DNA of 63,949 bases, counting the filler, from an uncultured bacterium (GTDB lineage Bacteria; Latescibacterota; UBA2968): the NCBI GenBank assembly GCA_964471275.1. It is 5 parts of 5 records of this genome, joined end to end, with 100 filler letters (N's around TTAATTAATTAA, not from the genome) between each part and the next. Parts side by side here need not be neighbours in the genome. Positions count along the whole stretch, not along the records: positions 1 to 12,918 come from CAYYGZ010000138.1; positions 13,019 to 25,874 come from CAYYGZ010000139.1; 3 more parts are not named here. One strand, written 5' to 3'. Below are positions 8,926 to 19,828 of the stretch, piece after piece (position 1 is the stretch's first letter; every line of letters starts with the position of its first letter). Position numbers and translations under genes: made by a program. The notes below the pieces were generated by a model. It worked only from the letters and a program-made list of their open reading frames with translations. It had not been told where the DNA came from and searched no databases.

Positions 8926-10188
8926 ATGAATACCGACAAACGCACGATCGCCTCCTGGTCACTGTACGACTTCGCGAACTCATCCTTTGCAACCATCGTG
9001 CTGACCTTCGTCTACAGCACCTACTTCACCAAAGCGATTGCCGAGAACGAGATACTTGGTGCCGTCCAGTGGACCCGGGCGATAACCATCTCCTCGATCA
9101 TCGTCGCGCTTTCCTCTCCGTTACTCGGTGCGATTGCGGACCAGCGAGGGCTCAGGAAACGCTTTCTCCTTGCCTGTTCTGTCATCTGCATCACGGCAAC
9201 GGTGGCACTCTATTTCCCGGTGGCTGGTCAGGTTCTCCCCGCCCTCGCAATCTTTATCCTGGCCAATTCGGCGAACGAGCTTGGCAATGTGTTCTACAAC
9301 GCTTTCCTCCCCAGCATCTCAGACGAGACGAACATCGGAAGGATTTCCGGTTGGGCCTGGGGTCTGGGGTACATCGGCGGAATCCTGAGCACGATCCTGG
9401 CAATGGTCTTACTCGTCAGCACGGATGATCCCTGGTTCGGTTTCACAAAAGAGGCAGGCCAGAACATTCGGGCAACAAACCTTCTCGTCGCGGTCTGGCT
9501 CGCGGTCTTCTGCCTCCCAATATTCCTTTTTCTCAAAGAGAGTCAGCCCAGTCAAGCCGTTACGAGGATTCGTCCATATCGGATGATCGTCGCCTCATTC
9601 CGTGACATTAGAAGCCATCCTCAGGTCGCGCGTTTTCTGATCGCGCGTCTAGTCTACAACGATGGTCTCGTCGCGATCTTCTCATTCGGCGGCATCTATG
9701 CGGCCGGAACCTTCGGATTCACCTTTGAGCAGATCATGGTTTTCGGCATCGTGTTGAATCTCTCCGCCGGACTCGGCGCGTTCATTATGGGATCGATCGA
9801 CGACCGATTCGGAGGAAAACTGACGATCTACATCACGCTGGGCGCTTTTATCATCGGCACCATCGGAGCTGTCGTTGCGCAGAGTCACCTTCTGTTCTGG
9901 ATATCCGCGATCACGGTCAGTCTCTTTGCCGGTCCGAATCAGTCTGCAAGCCGTTCGCTAATGGGCCGATTCGTTCCCAAAGCCAAAGTGAACGAATTCT
10001 ACGGATTCTTCTCCTTCTCCGGAAAGGTAACAGCCTTTATCGGCCCCCTATTGGTTGGCGAACTCACGCTGGCGTTCGGTTCACAGCGTGCAGGTGTTGC
10101 TTCGCTGATCCTGCTTTTCGTCGTCGGGACTCTCCTGTTGACCCGGGTGGATGAGAAGACGGGCATCGCGGAGGCTTCGGAAGAATAG
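8926..10188 (+). CDS. MFS transporter (UMF1/Atg22-like)
   Basis: SWSLYDFANSSF, GRISGWAWGLGYIGG, NDG, SRSLM, EFYGFF; ~12 hydrophobic segments; ATG8926 chosen over the upstream overlap. Confidence 0.88.
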   Translation: MNTDKRTIASWSLYDFANSSFATIVLTFVYSTYFTKAIAENEILGAVQWTRAITISSIIVALSSPLLGAIADQRGLRKRFLLACSVICITATVALYFPVAGQVLPALAIFILANSANELGNVFYNAFLPSISDETNIGRISGWAWGLGYIGGILSTILAMVLLVSTDDPWFGFTKEAGQNIRATNLLVAVWLAVFCLPIFLFLKESQPSQAVTRIRPYRMIVASFRDIRSHPQVARFLIARLVYNDGLVAIFSFGGIYAAGTFGFTFEQIMVFGIVLNLSAGLGAFIMGSIDDRFGGKLTIYITLGAFIIGTIGAVVAQSHLLFWISAITVSLFAGPNQSASRSLMGRFVPKAKVNEFYGFFSFSGKVTAFIGPLLVGELTLAFGSQRAGVASLILLFVVGTLLLTRVDEKTGIAEASEE

Positions 10189-10243
10189 CACAGGCGTGAC
10201 CCCTCGCTGGAGCCACGCCCGTTCCGAATCCGGTCGATCTGAA

Positions 10244-10714
10244 CTAACCCTTCAGACAGCGAACCGCGAATGCGATGGCCTCATCGGCGATTCCTGCCTG
10301 GATATCTTCCCTCAACCCGTCAAACTGCAGTGCCAACTGCTCCGTCCCCTTTGGACCAGCCAGTCCGACATAGACCGTTCCGATTGGCTTGGGTGATCTC
10401 CCCTGAATGGGGCCGGCAATGCCCGTTTCCGCCAGACCGTAGGTCGTCTTCGCCAAATCGCGAACGGCAGTGGCCAGCAGGCCTGCGGTCTCCGGGCTCA
10501 CAGCACCGAAGCGATCGAGCTCGCAGGCTTCCACACCCAGGCTTTCGATCTTGGATACCTTGCTGTAGGCCACGACTCCTCGGTCGAAATACGCTGAGCT
10601 GCCCGGAACCGAAACAATTCGAGCACAGATCAACCCACCTGACGTCGTCTCGGCGACAGCTATCGTCTCGTTCCGCTCCGACAGCAATCTCCCCAGTTCC
10701 TCCGGCTCACTCAT
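10244..10714 (-). CDS. pncC: Nicotinamide-nucleotide amidohydrolase (CinA C-terminal domain)
   Basis: AVAETTSGGLI, PGSSAYF.RGVVAYS..K, GAVS.E.A, TGIAGP, KPIGTVY. Confidence 0.85.
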   Translation of the reverse strand: MSEPEELGRLLSERNETIAVAETTSGGLICARIVSVPGSSAYFDRGVVAYSKVSKIESLGVEACELDRFGAVSPETAGLLATAVRDLAKTTYGLAETGIAGPIQGRSPKPIGTVYVGLAGPKGTEQLALQFDGLREDIQAGIADEAIAFAVRCLKG

Positions 10715-10783
10715 ACGATCCCTTGAACTCACATCCCTGTCGCAACCTTCCGTTTGCTCGACGCTGCGATTTCGTGCTGAGGC

Positions 10784-11271
10784 TCACGAAAGAGATGCCA
10801 TGATTTCGCGATCCATTTCTGTTGCCGTTTCTGCCAGTTGCGAACTCGTTGTACGGAGCTTTTCACAGAGCGAACGCAGCATGTTGCGGTACATCTTTCG
10901 CACGAGATCCATATCCTCCTGCATCAGGGCATCGAGACGCAGTTTTAAAATTACCAGAAGCACCGCATCCTCTACCGTGTGAATGGCGGCCAAGCGGGAC
11001 AATCCCGTGACGACACCTATCTCACCGACGATCTCGACGGCATCGATCACGGCGAACTCTGTCTGTTCCATCCTGATGCATAGCTGGCCCACAACCAGAA
11101 CCCACAGGGCGCTGCTGTTCTCCCCCCCTTGCACAATTCCGTACGACCGTCCAATGATCGCATCTGACCCGATTATAGAACACGATCGATCTGTCCAGCC
11201 GACAGGTCAGCCATGAATGGGATCTTCGCCGCGATCTTCAGCCTGTGAGACAACTGGTCAGGGCTCAGCAA
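10784..11271 (-). pseudogene. Cyclic-nucleotide-binding domain protein, disrupted
   Basis: KIPFMADLS...DRVL, TAA at 11175-11173, then SGQMRS..ELCK, frameshift in a G7 run (11122-11128), then GENSSALWVLVVGQL..VGEIGVVTGLSR.A. Confidence 0.7.
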
Positions 11272-11347
11272 TGCATCCTCCGGGAGTAATGTTGCCCGTA
11301 GCAACAACCCAGTTGATAAGAACAGAGTTGCCTTCGAACCAGACGAT

Positions 11348-12505
11348 CTAGTCCGATACTTCGACAAGTGGTGGATGGGCAAAGTCGTGATACGCTTCTC
11401 CGACCTTTCCTTCCCGGGCAGATCCTGCGTGGATGTAGTAGCGATACCTCCCCGTCAGCGACTGGTGTGCCTCGAGTACATAGTTGCCGCGCCGACTCTC
11501 GTCACCGTAGAAATGCGACCACCCGAAGGGATTCGCCGTCATCAGTCCGTAGTTACGTACGTGCCACCACGTTGGATAACGAAAGCTCTCCGGATGATCC
11601 ATGATCGCAATCCCGACACGTTTTCCGTTCACGGGTCCCGAGTAGTGGCACCAGGGCGCACGTTTGCCCCACGTCTCGTCTTCGTTCGTGCCACCGTATC
11701 CGTTCTCGATCATCCCGCCCTCTCCTGCTCGGACCTCCATTGATTCGGCCACTCGGAGCGAAGCCAGGCCGCCCTCTTTCGTATCCCCAAACAGGACATC
11801 GATCTTGGGCGCCGTCAAGGTTACCGTAAGGTCGAAAATGCGTATGTCACTCGGTGTGTTGTAGAACGTCCATTCTGCCCGCTCTTCAACGAGCTGGTTC
11901 GAGCCGTGTTCGCCACAGTAGTAATCATCCCCTGCCCAATCGCCGATTGCGACAATCCGTCCGTAGACCGGCCCACTCTCGAGGGTCTCGAACTCGCGGT
12001 GCCTTGTCCAAGCGTGCCCGTCGCCCTCTCCCCAGTTGTTCCATCCGTTGACGCAGCCGTGGGAGATCCAGACCGACCGATGGTGCGGATGGTCCTTGCC
12101 ATCCCCTTTCGTCGCCAGCGGACGCGTGACCGGATCGCCGTGAGGACCGATCAGGGGATGCAGACGCGGTCTGACGATATCGCCACCGAAAGTATATGTC
12201 GTAAAATGCTCGCCACCGATTCTGACTTCGACATCCTCGGCCCCCTGGTCGAGATCGACCCCCTCACCGCCGCCATCGCCGCCAAATGTCAGCGCATATT
12301 CAGCAGAGCCGCCTTCCGCCATGTCACCAACAATCCAGGACACCAACAGGCCGCCGTCGACACGACGGGTCTGGCACGGTATCTCCCCGTCGCCAGCCGT
12401 CAGCTGGACAGAATCAGTTCCTGCGGGCGCATCCACGACGACGGAAACCGGACAGTAGACCCGACCGTGAGGTCCAGCCTTCACCGTAAGTTTCAAATCC
12501 GCCAC
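11348..12505 (-). CDS. DUF6807 / 'PmoA'-like hypothetical protein
   Basis: RP.LHPL.GP.G..VTR, DHPHHRS.W, KEGG...R, WGKRAPWC.YSG, DHP...YPT.WHVR.YG; GTG start after GGAGG. Confidence 0.7.
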   Translation of the reverse strand: MADLKLTVKAGPHGRVYCPVSVVVDAPAGTDSVQLTAGDGEIPCQTRRVDGGLLVSWIVGDMAEGGSAEYALTFGGDGGGEGVDLDQGAEDVEVRIGGEHFTTYTFGGDIVRPRLHPLIGPHGDPVTRPLATKGDGKDHPHHRSVWISHGCVNGWNNWGEGDGHAWTRHREFETLESGPVYGRIVAIGDWAGDDYYCGEHGSNQLVEERAEWTFYNTPSDIRIFDLTVTLTAPKIDVLFGDTKEGGLASLRVAESMEVRAGEGGMIENGYGGTNEDETWGKRAPWCHYSGPVNGKRVGIAIMDHPESFRYPTWWHVRNYGLMTANPFGWSHFYGDESRRGNYVLEAHQSLTGRYRYYIHAGSAREGKVGEAYHDFAHPPLVEVSD

Positions 12506-12674
12506 ATCAACCTCCATTCTCGTTCCAGATCTCATACCAGATCCCAATGTTCGATCTCCTAGATAGCCAAATCGGCATCGAAGTCAAGCGATCGCGAAGA
12601 CGTTGCAGCCCTTTCGACGACCCCTTATCATTCGAGTCCACCCTATCAGAAATCTCAAACCGATCGAGAGAAAA

Positions 12675-12918
12675 ATGGCAACCAGACCGAATATCGTCGT
12701 CATTATGACAGACCAGCAGCGCATCGATACCATCTCTGCGTATGGAATGAACCCGATCGTGCGGACGCCACACATTGATGGGATCGCGGACCGAGGGGTA
12801 CGCTTTGACGGCGCCTTCACCCCCACCGCGATCTGTTCCCCTGCGAGAGCCTCCTTCTACACCGGGCTGTATCCACACAAGCACGGGGTTACTGGCAACG
12901 GGCTCTCTATCAGGGACG
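12675..12918 (+). CDS. Formylglycine-dependent sulfatase, N-terminal fragment (contig end)
   Basis: RPNIVVIMTDQQR, TPHID, CSPARAS..TG.YPH.HGV. Confidence 0.9.
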
Positions 12919-13018
12919 NNNNNNNNNNNNNNNNNNNNNNNNNNNNNNNNNNNNNNNNNNNNTTAATTAATTAANNNNNNNNNNNNNNNNNNNNNNNNNN
13001 NNNNNNNNNNNNNNNNNN
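12919..13018. other. Artificial contig linker
   Basis: N44-TTAATTAATTAA-N44 (stops in all frames). Confidence 0.98.
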
Positions 13019-13020
13019 CA

Positions 13021-13614
13021 GGCAAGAGCACGCTCTTCAACATGATCGGCGGGTTGGACAAGCCAACTGACGGGAAGGTCTACATCGACGACGTAGACGT
13101 TGCCCAGCTTGACGCCTACGAGCTCGCCTGGTTAAGGTGCCGGAAGATCGGATACATTTTCCAGTCCTTCAACCTCATCCCCGTGATGACCGCCCTGGAA
13201 AACGTCACTCTACCCATGGTGTTCGCCGGCCTTACGAGTGACGAGGCTCGAGACAAGGGTGTGGATCTTCTGCAAAAGGTCGGGCTTGGTGAGCGGATTT
13301 CACACAAGCCCTATGAGCTATCAGGTGGCCAGCAGCAGCGTGTGGCTGTTGCCCGCGCCTTTGCGAATGACCCCGCGATTATTCTGGCAGACGAGCCGAC
13401 GGGCAACCTGGATCTGAACACGGGAACAGAGATCATCGAGTTACTGCGTCTGATGAACAAGGAGTCAGGGGTTACGGTCATATCGGCGACACACGATCAC
13501 AAGATGCTGAGCGTTTCTGACCGCGTCGTCTGGGTACGGGACGGTACCGTGGATCGGATCATCGACCGGGCAGACCTCAAGATCGAGGTTGGTACGATCG
13601 ACGGCGAAACATAA
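13021..13614 (+). CDS. ABC transporter ATP-binding protein (LolD/MacB-like), 5'-truncated
   Basis: GKST Walker A tail, [32 protein letters not shown]. Confidence 0.92.
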   Translation, partial: GKSTLFNMIGGLDKPTDGKVYIDDVDVAQLDAYELAWLRCRKIGYIFQSFNLIPVMTALENVTLPMVFAGLTSDEARDKGVDLLQKVGLGERISHKPYELSGGQQQRVAVARAFANDPAIILADEPTGNLDLNTGTEIIELLRLMNKESGVTVISATHDHKMLSVSDRVVWVRDGTVDRIIDRADLKIEVGTIDGET

Positions 13615-13621
13615 TAACCGG

Positions 13622-13650
13622 TTGACACAATTTCGCTGTTTTGATAGTGT
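13622..13650 (+). promoter_or_regulatory. Sigma70 promoter of the aromatic operon leader
   Basis: TTGACA (13622-13627), 17 nt spacer, TAGTGT (13645-13650). Confidence 0.65.
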
Positions 13651-13691
13651 ATTATCGTTGCAGCACATCTACGGTTAGAGAAGAAGCGACA

Positions 13692-13787
13692 ATGATCAAC
13701 GCTAGAGACAGCTTCTATTGGCACTTTGGTTTTCGCCGCTTTGGCTATTATTCAGCCAAAGTTCAGGAGCTGCGTCTGCCCGCTTGA
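13692..13787 (+). CDS. Phe/Tyr/Trp-rich attenuator leader peptide (MINARDSFYWHFGFRRFGYYSAKVQELRLPA)
   Basis: Hand-translated 31-aa ORF; 4 Phe, 3 Tyr and 1 Trp within codons 8-20; lies between promoter and terminator upstream of trpE. Confidence 0.8.
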   Translation: MINARDSFYWHFGFRRFGYYSAKVQELRLPA

Positions 13788-13814
13788 TCGTTTGATGCAA
13801 AATCAAATAAGATT

Positions 13815-13844
13815 GGCCGTGGGCGGTGGCTCACGGCCTTTTTT
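13815..13844 (+). terminator. Attenuator terminator
   Basis: GGCCGTGGGC-ggtg-GCTCACGGCC-TTTTTT; 5' arm GTGGGCGG (13819-13826) can pair instead with CTGCCCGC (13776-13783). Confidence 0.85.
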
Positions 13845-13950
13845 ATTGCTTACAGGTGAGGCGTTTCGAGATGTCGACCAATCTTGACAAATCACTGAAA
13901 AATCGCATATTAGAACGTTTTTTTACGCTCAACACAGTCTCGTTTCAGTC

Positions 13951-15447
13951 ATGATAAATCCGACAATTGAAAATGTCCGCAAGCTTGCGGCTGAGGCCAA
14001 TCTGGTCCCCGTTTCGCGGAAGATTCTCGCCGACCTGGAGACGCCCCTAAGCGCGTATCTGAAGGTCAGGGAAACGGGTGAGCACACGTTCCTGTTCGAG
14101 AGTGTCGAGGGGGGCGAGAAGATCGGCCGCTACTCGTTTCTGGGAGTGGATCCCTTTCTTGTGTTCCGGAGCAGGGGGCACGCGATCACGCTGTCCGACC
14201 TGCGCACGGGCGAATCAAGAGATTACGTTGCCAATCCCATCGATGAACTCAGGTCCCTCATTGCCAATCACCGCTCCGTGCACATCCCGGGCCTGCCTCG
14301 CTTCACAGGGGGCGCCGTTGGCTATGTAGGCTATGATGCGATTCGATTGGTTGAGGATATCCCCGATACCACTGAAGACGATCTGGACCTCGATGATGTG
14401 GTGCTGATGTTCTTCGATACGCTGCTCGCCTTCGACAATATTCAGCACGTTATCCACCTGATTTCGAATGTCCACACTCAGGTAGACGATCTGCGGCCGA
14501 GCTACGATGCCGCGCGCGCGAAGATCGACGCGCTCGAGGCGGCGCTCGCCAAGCCGCTTGTGGCCCCGGTCGCAAAAGGCTCAGGAGCCTGCGTGGTCCG
14601 GTCGAATACGGAGCGGGAAGCGTATCTCGAGAAGGTCAAAAAGTGCCGCGAGTATATTGTGGCCGGTGACATCTTTCAGGTGGTCTTGTCGCAGCGCTTC
14701 GAAACAGATGTGTCCGTGGGTTCACTCGACGTCTACCGGATGCTCCGGATGGTCAACCCATCACCCTACAACTTCCACATCGAAATGGGAGATCTACAGC
14801 TGGTGGGGTCCTCGCCGGAGCTGTTGGTTCGGGTTGAAGACGGCGTAGTCCAGGTTCGGCCCATCGCGGGAACGCGGTGGCGGGGTGAGTCGGATGAAGA
14901 AGATCGTCGACTTGCTGATGATCTGCTGGCGGATGAGAAGGAACGTGCCGAGCACATCATGCTTGTGGATCTTGGACGAAACGACGTGGGGCGCGTGTCG
15001 AAGTTCGATACGGTGCGTGTGACGGAACAGATGACGATCGAGCGTTACTCACACGTGATGCATATCGTGTCGAACGTGCGGGGTGAGCTTCGCGAAGGGG
15101 TGGATGCCCTGGATGCGCTGTTCGCCGGGTATCCGGCTGGTACCGTGTCGGGGGCGCCAAAGATACGGGCGATGGAGATCATCGATGAACTGGAAACCAC
15201 ACGGCGTGGACCCTATGCCGGGTCGGTCGGTTATATCGATTTTTCCGGAAACATGGATACGTGTATCGCGATCCGTACGATGATCATGAAGGGCGGGAAG
15301 GCCTACGTGCAGGCAGGCGGCGGGATTGTCTACGATTCGAAGCCCGACTACGAATACCGCGAGACGGTTAACAAGGCGAAGGCCCTTTTCCGGGCGGTCG
15401 AACTGGCTGAGCAGGGCGATCCAGATCTGACAGCGAGTGAACGATGA
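13951..15447 (+). CDS. trpE: Anthranilate synthase component I
   Basis: [54 protein letters not shown]. Confidence 0.97.
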   Translation: MINPTIENVRKLAAEANLVPVSRKILADLETPLSAYLKVRETGEHTFLFESVEGGEKIGRYSFLGVDPFLVFRSRGHAITLSDLRTGESRDYVANPIDELRSLIANHRSVHIPGLPRFTGGAVGYVGYDAIRLVEDIPDTTEDDLDLDDVVLMFFDTLLAFDNIQHVIHLISNVHTQVDDLRPSYDAARAKIDALEAALAKPLVAPVAKGSGACVVRSNTEREAYLEKVKKCREYIVAGDIFQVVLSQRFETDVSVGSLDVYRMLRMVNPSPYNFHIEMGDLQLVGSSPELLVRVEDGVVQVRPIAGTRWRGESDEEDRRLADDLLADEKERAEHIMLVDLGRNDVGRVSKFDTVRVTEQMTIERYSHVMHIVSNVRGELREGVDALDALFAGYPAGTVSGAPKIRAMEIIDELETTRRGPYAGSVGYIDFSGNMDTCIAIRTMIMKGGKAYVQAGGGIVYDSKPDYEYRETVNKAKALFRAVELAEQGDPDLTASER

Positions 15448-16007
15448 TTCTGGTAATCGACAATTACGATTCGTTTACCTACAACCTCGTTCAATACCTG
15501 GGTGAGTTGGGCGCCGATCTGGATGTGCGTCGCAATGACAGGGCCACACTCGATGAGATCGCAAACCTGGCTCCGACAAAGATCGTTGTCTCACCAGGAC
15601 CCTGTACACCGAATGAAGCCGGTATCTCGGTCAGTCTGGTCGAGAGATTCGCCGGAGAGATACCGATCCTGGGTGTCTGTCTCGGCCATCAGTCAATCGG
15701 CCAGGCATTTGGTGGGAATATCATCAGTGCACCAGAGATCGTGCACGGCAAGGTTTCCCATATCCATCACGACGGTCGGACGATCTTTTCCGGTCTGTCG
15801 CAGGATTTCGTCGCAACGCGGTATCATTCTCTCATCGTTGAGCGTGACTCCCTGCCAGACTGTCTGGAGATTTCCGCAGAGACAGAGGAAGGGCTGATCA
15901 TGGGACTCAGGCATCGAGAAATGGCAGTGGAGGGAGTTCAGTTCCACCCCGAATCGATTCTGACGGGCGAAGGCAAACCTTTGCTCCAAAATTTCCTGGA
16001 TCAATAG
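15444..16007 (+). CDS. trpG: Anthranilate synthase component II (glutamine amidotransferase)
   Basis: [32 protein letters not shown]. Confidence 0.96.
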   Translation: MILVIDNYDSFTYNLVQYLGELGADLDVRRNDRATLDEIANLAPTKIVVSPGPCTPNEAGISVSLVERFAGEIPILGVCLGHQSIGQAFGGNIISAPEIVHGKVSHIHHDGRTIFSGLSQDFVATRYHSLIVERDSLPDCLEISAETEEGLIMGLRHREMAVEGVQFHPESILTGEGKPLLQNFLDQ

Positions 16008-16018
16008 GAGACTCGACG

Positions 16019-17032
16019 ATGAATATCCAAGCAGCCGTTGCCGAATTGGTCGAGGGGACCGATCTGAATCGGAAGGACATGGTTTCGGTGATGGACGTCA
16101 TCATGTCCGGTGAAGCCACCGACGCTCAGATTGGAGCTTTCCTGATTGCCCTTCGGATCAAGGGTGAGACCGTAGACGAGATACGCGGTGCCGCCGAGGT
16201 GATGCGAGAGAAGTCGACGAAGATAAAGACCCAACACTCCGTGATTGTCGATACCTGCGGTACGGGTGGTGATCACTCCAGCACGTTCAATATTTCGACC
16301 ACGTCAGCTTTTGTGGCCGCAGGAGCAGGGCTGTGCGTGGCCAAGCACGGCAACCGATCGGTGACGAGCCAGAGCGGGAGCGCGGACGTGTTGCAGGCTC
16401 TTGGCGTGAACACAGATGCATCACCGGAGATTGTGGAAGCTTGTCTGGACGAAATCGGTATCGGGTTTCTGTTCGCTGTCGCTCTGCACGGGGCGATGAA
16501 ACACGCGATCGGACCCCGAAAGGAGCTCGCGACACGGACAATCTTCAATGCGCTTGGGCCGCTGACGAACCCGGCTGGTGCGACACGCCAGGTGATCGGC
16601 GTCTACAGTCCCGACTTGACGGAGACACTGGCGAACGTTCTGGGTGGTCTGGGGTCAAAGCACGCTTTTGTGATTCACGGCTCCGATGGTCTCGATGAGG
16701 TCACGACAACTGGCCCAACTAAGGTCAGTGAACTGAAGGCCCAGTCAGTGTCGACCTACGACGTGTCACCCGATGACTTCGGTCTGGAAACCGCATCCGG
16801 GGATGACCTGAAGGGGGGAGAGCCTGCGGAAAACGCTGAGATCCTGCGCGGCATTCTCTCTGGTGAGCCCGGGCCGCGACGAGACATCGTGCTGCTGAAC
16901 TCGGCATTCGCGTTGGTCGCAGGTGGGAAGTCAGATTCCGTCGAAGACGGCATAAAACTGGCCGCCAGGACGATCGATTCGGGCGCGGCGGCAGAAAAAC
17001 TGGAGAAACTGGTCGAGATCAGCAACGGGTAG
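16019..17032 (+). CDS. trpD: Anthranilate phosphoribosyltransferase
   Basis: DTCGTGGD, FNIST, KHGNR, GSAD, GPLTNP. Confidence 0.97.
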   Translation: MNIQAAVAELVEGTDLNRKDMVSVMDVIMSGEATDAQIGAFLIALRIKGETVDEIRGAAEVMREKSTKIKTQHSVIVDTCGTGGDHSSTFNISTTSAFVAAGAGLCVAKHGNRSVTSQSGSADVLQALGVNTDASPEIVEACLDEIGIGFLFAVALHGAMKHAIGPRKELATRTIFNALGPLTNPAGATRQVIGVYSPDLTETLANVLGGLGSKHAFVIHGSDGLDEVTTTGPTKVSELKAQSVSTYDVSPDDFGLETASGDDLKGGEPAENAEILRGILSGEPGPRRDIVLLNSAFALVAGGKSDSVEDGIKLAARTIDSGAAAEKLEKLVEISNG

Positions 17033-17034
17033 GT

Positions 17035-17826
17035 ATGGCGTCGATCCTGGACGAAATCATCGCATATAAGCGCTCGTTCGTGAGCGAACGCAAAACATCC
17101 CGATCTCTCGAAATGGTGATCGAGAATGCCGTGGAAACTCCGAGACCACGGTCTCTCTTCAATCGTCTAGGCGAGGGTGATGATATTTCGATCATCGCGG
17201 AGATCAAGAAGGCGTCTCCGTCGAAAGGCTTGATTCGTGAGAATTTTAATCCTGTCGAGATCGGCACGATCTACGAGGCCAACGGGGCGTCGGGGATCTC
17301 GGTTCTCACCGACGAGAAGTATTTCCAGGGCTCTGACACGTATCTGACGGATGTGCACAGACACGTCGATCTGCCCGTGCTTCGCAAGGATTTTACGATC
17401 GATGTCTATCAGATCTACGAGGCCCGTGGTTTGGGGGCATCTGCGATTTTGCTGATCGTTGCAGCCCTGACTCCCGATGAGCTTCGTTCATTTATCGACG
17501 TGGCTCGGGATGTGGACGTGGACGCCCTTGTCGAGGTACATACCATTGAAGAGGCGAGGATCGCGGTGGATGCCGGTGCAGATCTATTTGGCATCAACAA
17601 TCGTGACCTGAAGACATTCACCACTGATCTCGCCGTGACAGAAAGCGTTATCCCAGAGCTACCGGTAGATGCTCTGATTATCAGTGAAAGTGGGATTCAC
17701 ACACGTACGGATGTCGAGCGTGTTCGGGATGCCGGAGCGGACGCAATCCTCGTCGGGGAAAGTCTGATGAGAGAAGCCGATGTCGGTGCAAAGCTGTGTG
17801 AACTGGCAGGAAGGGACCAGACGTGA
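17035..17826 (+). CDS. trpC: Indole-3-glycerol phosphate synthase
   Basis: [34 protein letters not shown]. Confidence 0.97.
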   Translation: MASILDEIIAYKRSFVSERKTSRSLEMVIENAVETPRPRSLFNRLGEGDDISIIAEIKKASPSKGLIRENFNPVEIGTIYEANGASGISVLTDEKYFQGSDTYLTDVHRHVDLPVLRKDFTIDVYQIYEARGLGASAILLIVAALTPDELRSFIDVARDVDVDALVEVHTIEEARIAVDAGADLFGINNRDLKTFTTDLAVTESVIPELPVDALIISESGIHTRTDVERVRDAGADAILVGESLMREADVGAKLCELAGRDQT

Positions 17827-19196
17827 AGACAAAGATTACGCTGACCGACGACGAGATTCCAAAACAGTGGTACAACATCGCTGCAGACCTGCCGACCCCG
17901 ATGGATCCGCCGCTCCATCCAGGGACGAAAGAGCCCGTCGGTCCAGAAGATCTCGCACCGATTTTCCCGATGAACCTGATCGAGCAAGAGGTTAGTCAGG
18001 AGCGCTGGATCGACATACCTGAGCCCGTACTCGATCGCCTTCTGCTCTGGAGACCTTCGCCACTGTATCGTGCGCGGAATTTCGAGAAGGCGTTGGGGAC
18101 GCCGGGCAAGATCTACTACAAGAACGAGGGTGTATCGCCTGCTGGCAGCCATAAACCCAACACGGCTATTCCGCAGGCGTACTACAACCAGCAGGCAGGG
18201 ATCAAGCGATTGACGACCGAGACGGGTGCGGGGCAGTGGGGGAGTGCACTGGCGTTCGCATCGAGTCAGTTTGGACTGGAATGCAAGGTCTTCATGGTGC
18301 GGATCAGTTTTGAGCAGAAGCCCTTCCGGAAGATGATGATGGGGGTGTGGGGAGCCGAATGTGTCGCCAGTCCGAGCGAAGAGACAGAGGCTGGCCGCAA
18401 CATTCTGGCGAGCGACCCAGATACACCGGGAAGCTTGGGGATCGCGATCAGCGAGGCCGTCGAACAGGCCGTTCAGCGAGATGATACGTGCTACTCCCTG
18501 GGAAGTGTGTTGAATCATGTTCTTCTGCACCAGACTGTGATCGGCCTCGAGGCTCAGAAACAGATGGCGCAGGCGGGTGACTATCCGGATGTCGTCATCG
18601 GCTGTGTGGGGGGCGGATCCAATTTCGCCGGTCTCTCATTCCCATACGTTCGCGACCGGATCGAGGGTAAGGATGTGCGTATTCTCGCGGTGGAGCCGAC
18701 GGCGTGTCCGACGCTGACTCGCGCCAAGTTTGCATACGATTTCGGCGATACGGCGGGGATGACTCCGCTGATGCCGATGCATTCTCTCGGGCACTCGTTT
18801 GTTCCCGCACCCATCCACGCCGGTGGGCTCCGCTACCACGGTGTAGCGCCGCTGATCAGCCGGCTGGTGCTTGACGAACTGGTCGAACCGCAGGCTTTTG
18901 ATCAACTGTCGTGCTATGGGGCCAGTGTCAAGTGGGCCCGCACAGAAGGCTTTGTTTCAGCACCGGAGACATCGCACGCGCTGGCCGCAGTCGTGGCCGA
19001 GGCGAAGAAGGCGAAGGAGGAGGGCAAAGAGCGAGTGATCCTGTTCAACTGGTCAGGGCACGGTCTGATGGATCTTGTCGGCTACGAGAAGTACTTCCAG
19101 GGCGATCTCGATGATTACGCGCTTCCGGACGAGGATCTGTCTCGATTCACAGCCTCGATGGACGACTTCCCGACGCCGGCAAGCGTGCAGACGTGA
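17823..19196 (+). CDS. trpB2: TrpB2 (TrpB-like PLP-dependent tryptophan synthase beta)
   Basis: [46 protein letters not shown]. Confidence 0.93.
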   Translation: MKTKITLTDDEIPKQWYNIAADLPTPMDPPLHPGTKEPVGPEDLAPIFPMNLIEQEVSQERWIDIPEPVLDRLLLWRPSPLYRARNFEKALGTPGKIYYKNEGVSPAGSHKPNTAIPQAYYNQQAGIKRLTTETGAGQWGSALAFASSQFGLECKVFMVRISFEQKPFRKMMMGVWGAECVASPSEETEAGRNILASDPDTPGSLGIAISEAVEQAVQRDDTCYSLGSVLNHVLLHQTVIGLEAQKQMAQAGDYPDVVIGCVGGGSNFAGLSFPYVRDRIEGKDVRILAVEPTACPTLTRAKFAYDFGDTAGMTPLMPMHSLGHSFVPAPIHAGGLRYHGVAPLISRLVLDELVEPQAFDQLSCYGASVKWARTEGFVSAPETSHALAAVVAEAKKAKEEGKERVILFNWSGHGLMDLVGYEKYFQGDLDDYALPDEDLSRFTASMDDFPTPASVQT

Positions 19197-19825
19197 TTCG
19201 CGTCAAGATCTGTGGAATTACGAACACCGATGATGCGCTGGCTGCCGCTGAAGCCGGAGCCGACGCGCTCGGGTTCATCTTCTACAAGGAGAGCAAGCGT
19301 TACATTGAGCCCGAAAATGTGAGGGCGATTCTCGAGGCCTTGCCTCCGTTTGTGACTGCCGTTGGTGTGTTTGTCAATGAGACACGTGATTCGCTGGAAC
19401 AGATAGCCGAAACCACGGGGATCGGGGTGGTCCAGCTTCATGGTGATGAACCACCCGAGTTCTGCAGCGGGTTCTCCCGACCGGTCATTCGAGCCCTCCG
19501 TGTGGGAGAAGGTTTTGGCGAAGCCGAGATCGCGCCTTACGCCGATGCCGGGGTGACCACATTCCTCCTGGATAAAGCGAAAGACGGGTTCTACGGCGGG
19601 ACGGGAGAGATCTTCGACTGGAAGGCGGCCGTGACAGCGAAACGGTTTGGGCGTGTGATCCTGTCCGGTGGGTTGACCGCCGACAACGTATCTGACGGGA
19701 TCGCATCTGTTTCTCCCTACGCCTTAGATGTCTGCAGCGGCGTGGAGTGCGAGCCTGGTCGGAAGGATCACGAGAAGGTGAGAGCATTCATAGTAAGCGC
19801 GATGCGCTCAGGCACGGAGAGTTGA
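19193..19825 (+). CDS. trpF: Phosphoribosylanthranilate isomerase
   Basis: [36 protein letters not shown]. Confidence 0.96.
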   Translation: MIRVKICGITNTDDALAAAEAGADALGFIFYKESKRYIEPENVRAILEALPPFVTAVGVFVNETRDSLEQIAETTGIGVVQLHGDEPPEFCSGFSRPVIRALRVGEGFGEAEIAPYADAGVTTFLLDKAKDGFYGGTGEIFDWKAAVTAKRFGRVILSGGLTADNVSDGIASVSPYALDVCSGVECEPGRKDHEKVRAFIVSAMRSGTES

Positions 19826-19828
19826 GCA

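Noticed and set aside
11348..12505. Methane monooxygenase (family label 'PmoA')
   Set aside because: Soluble beta-rich protein with no TM helices and no pmoB/pmoC; the family name is misleading
12963..12974. Recurrent TTAATTAATTAA palindrome as a biological repeat or att site
   Set aside because: Always centred in N-runs of identical length; it is an artificial all-frame-stop spacer
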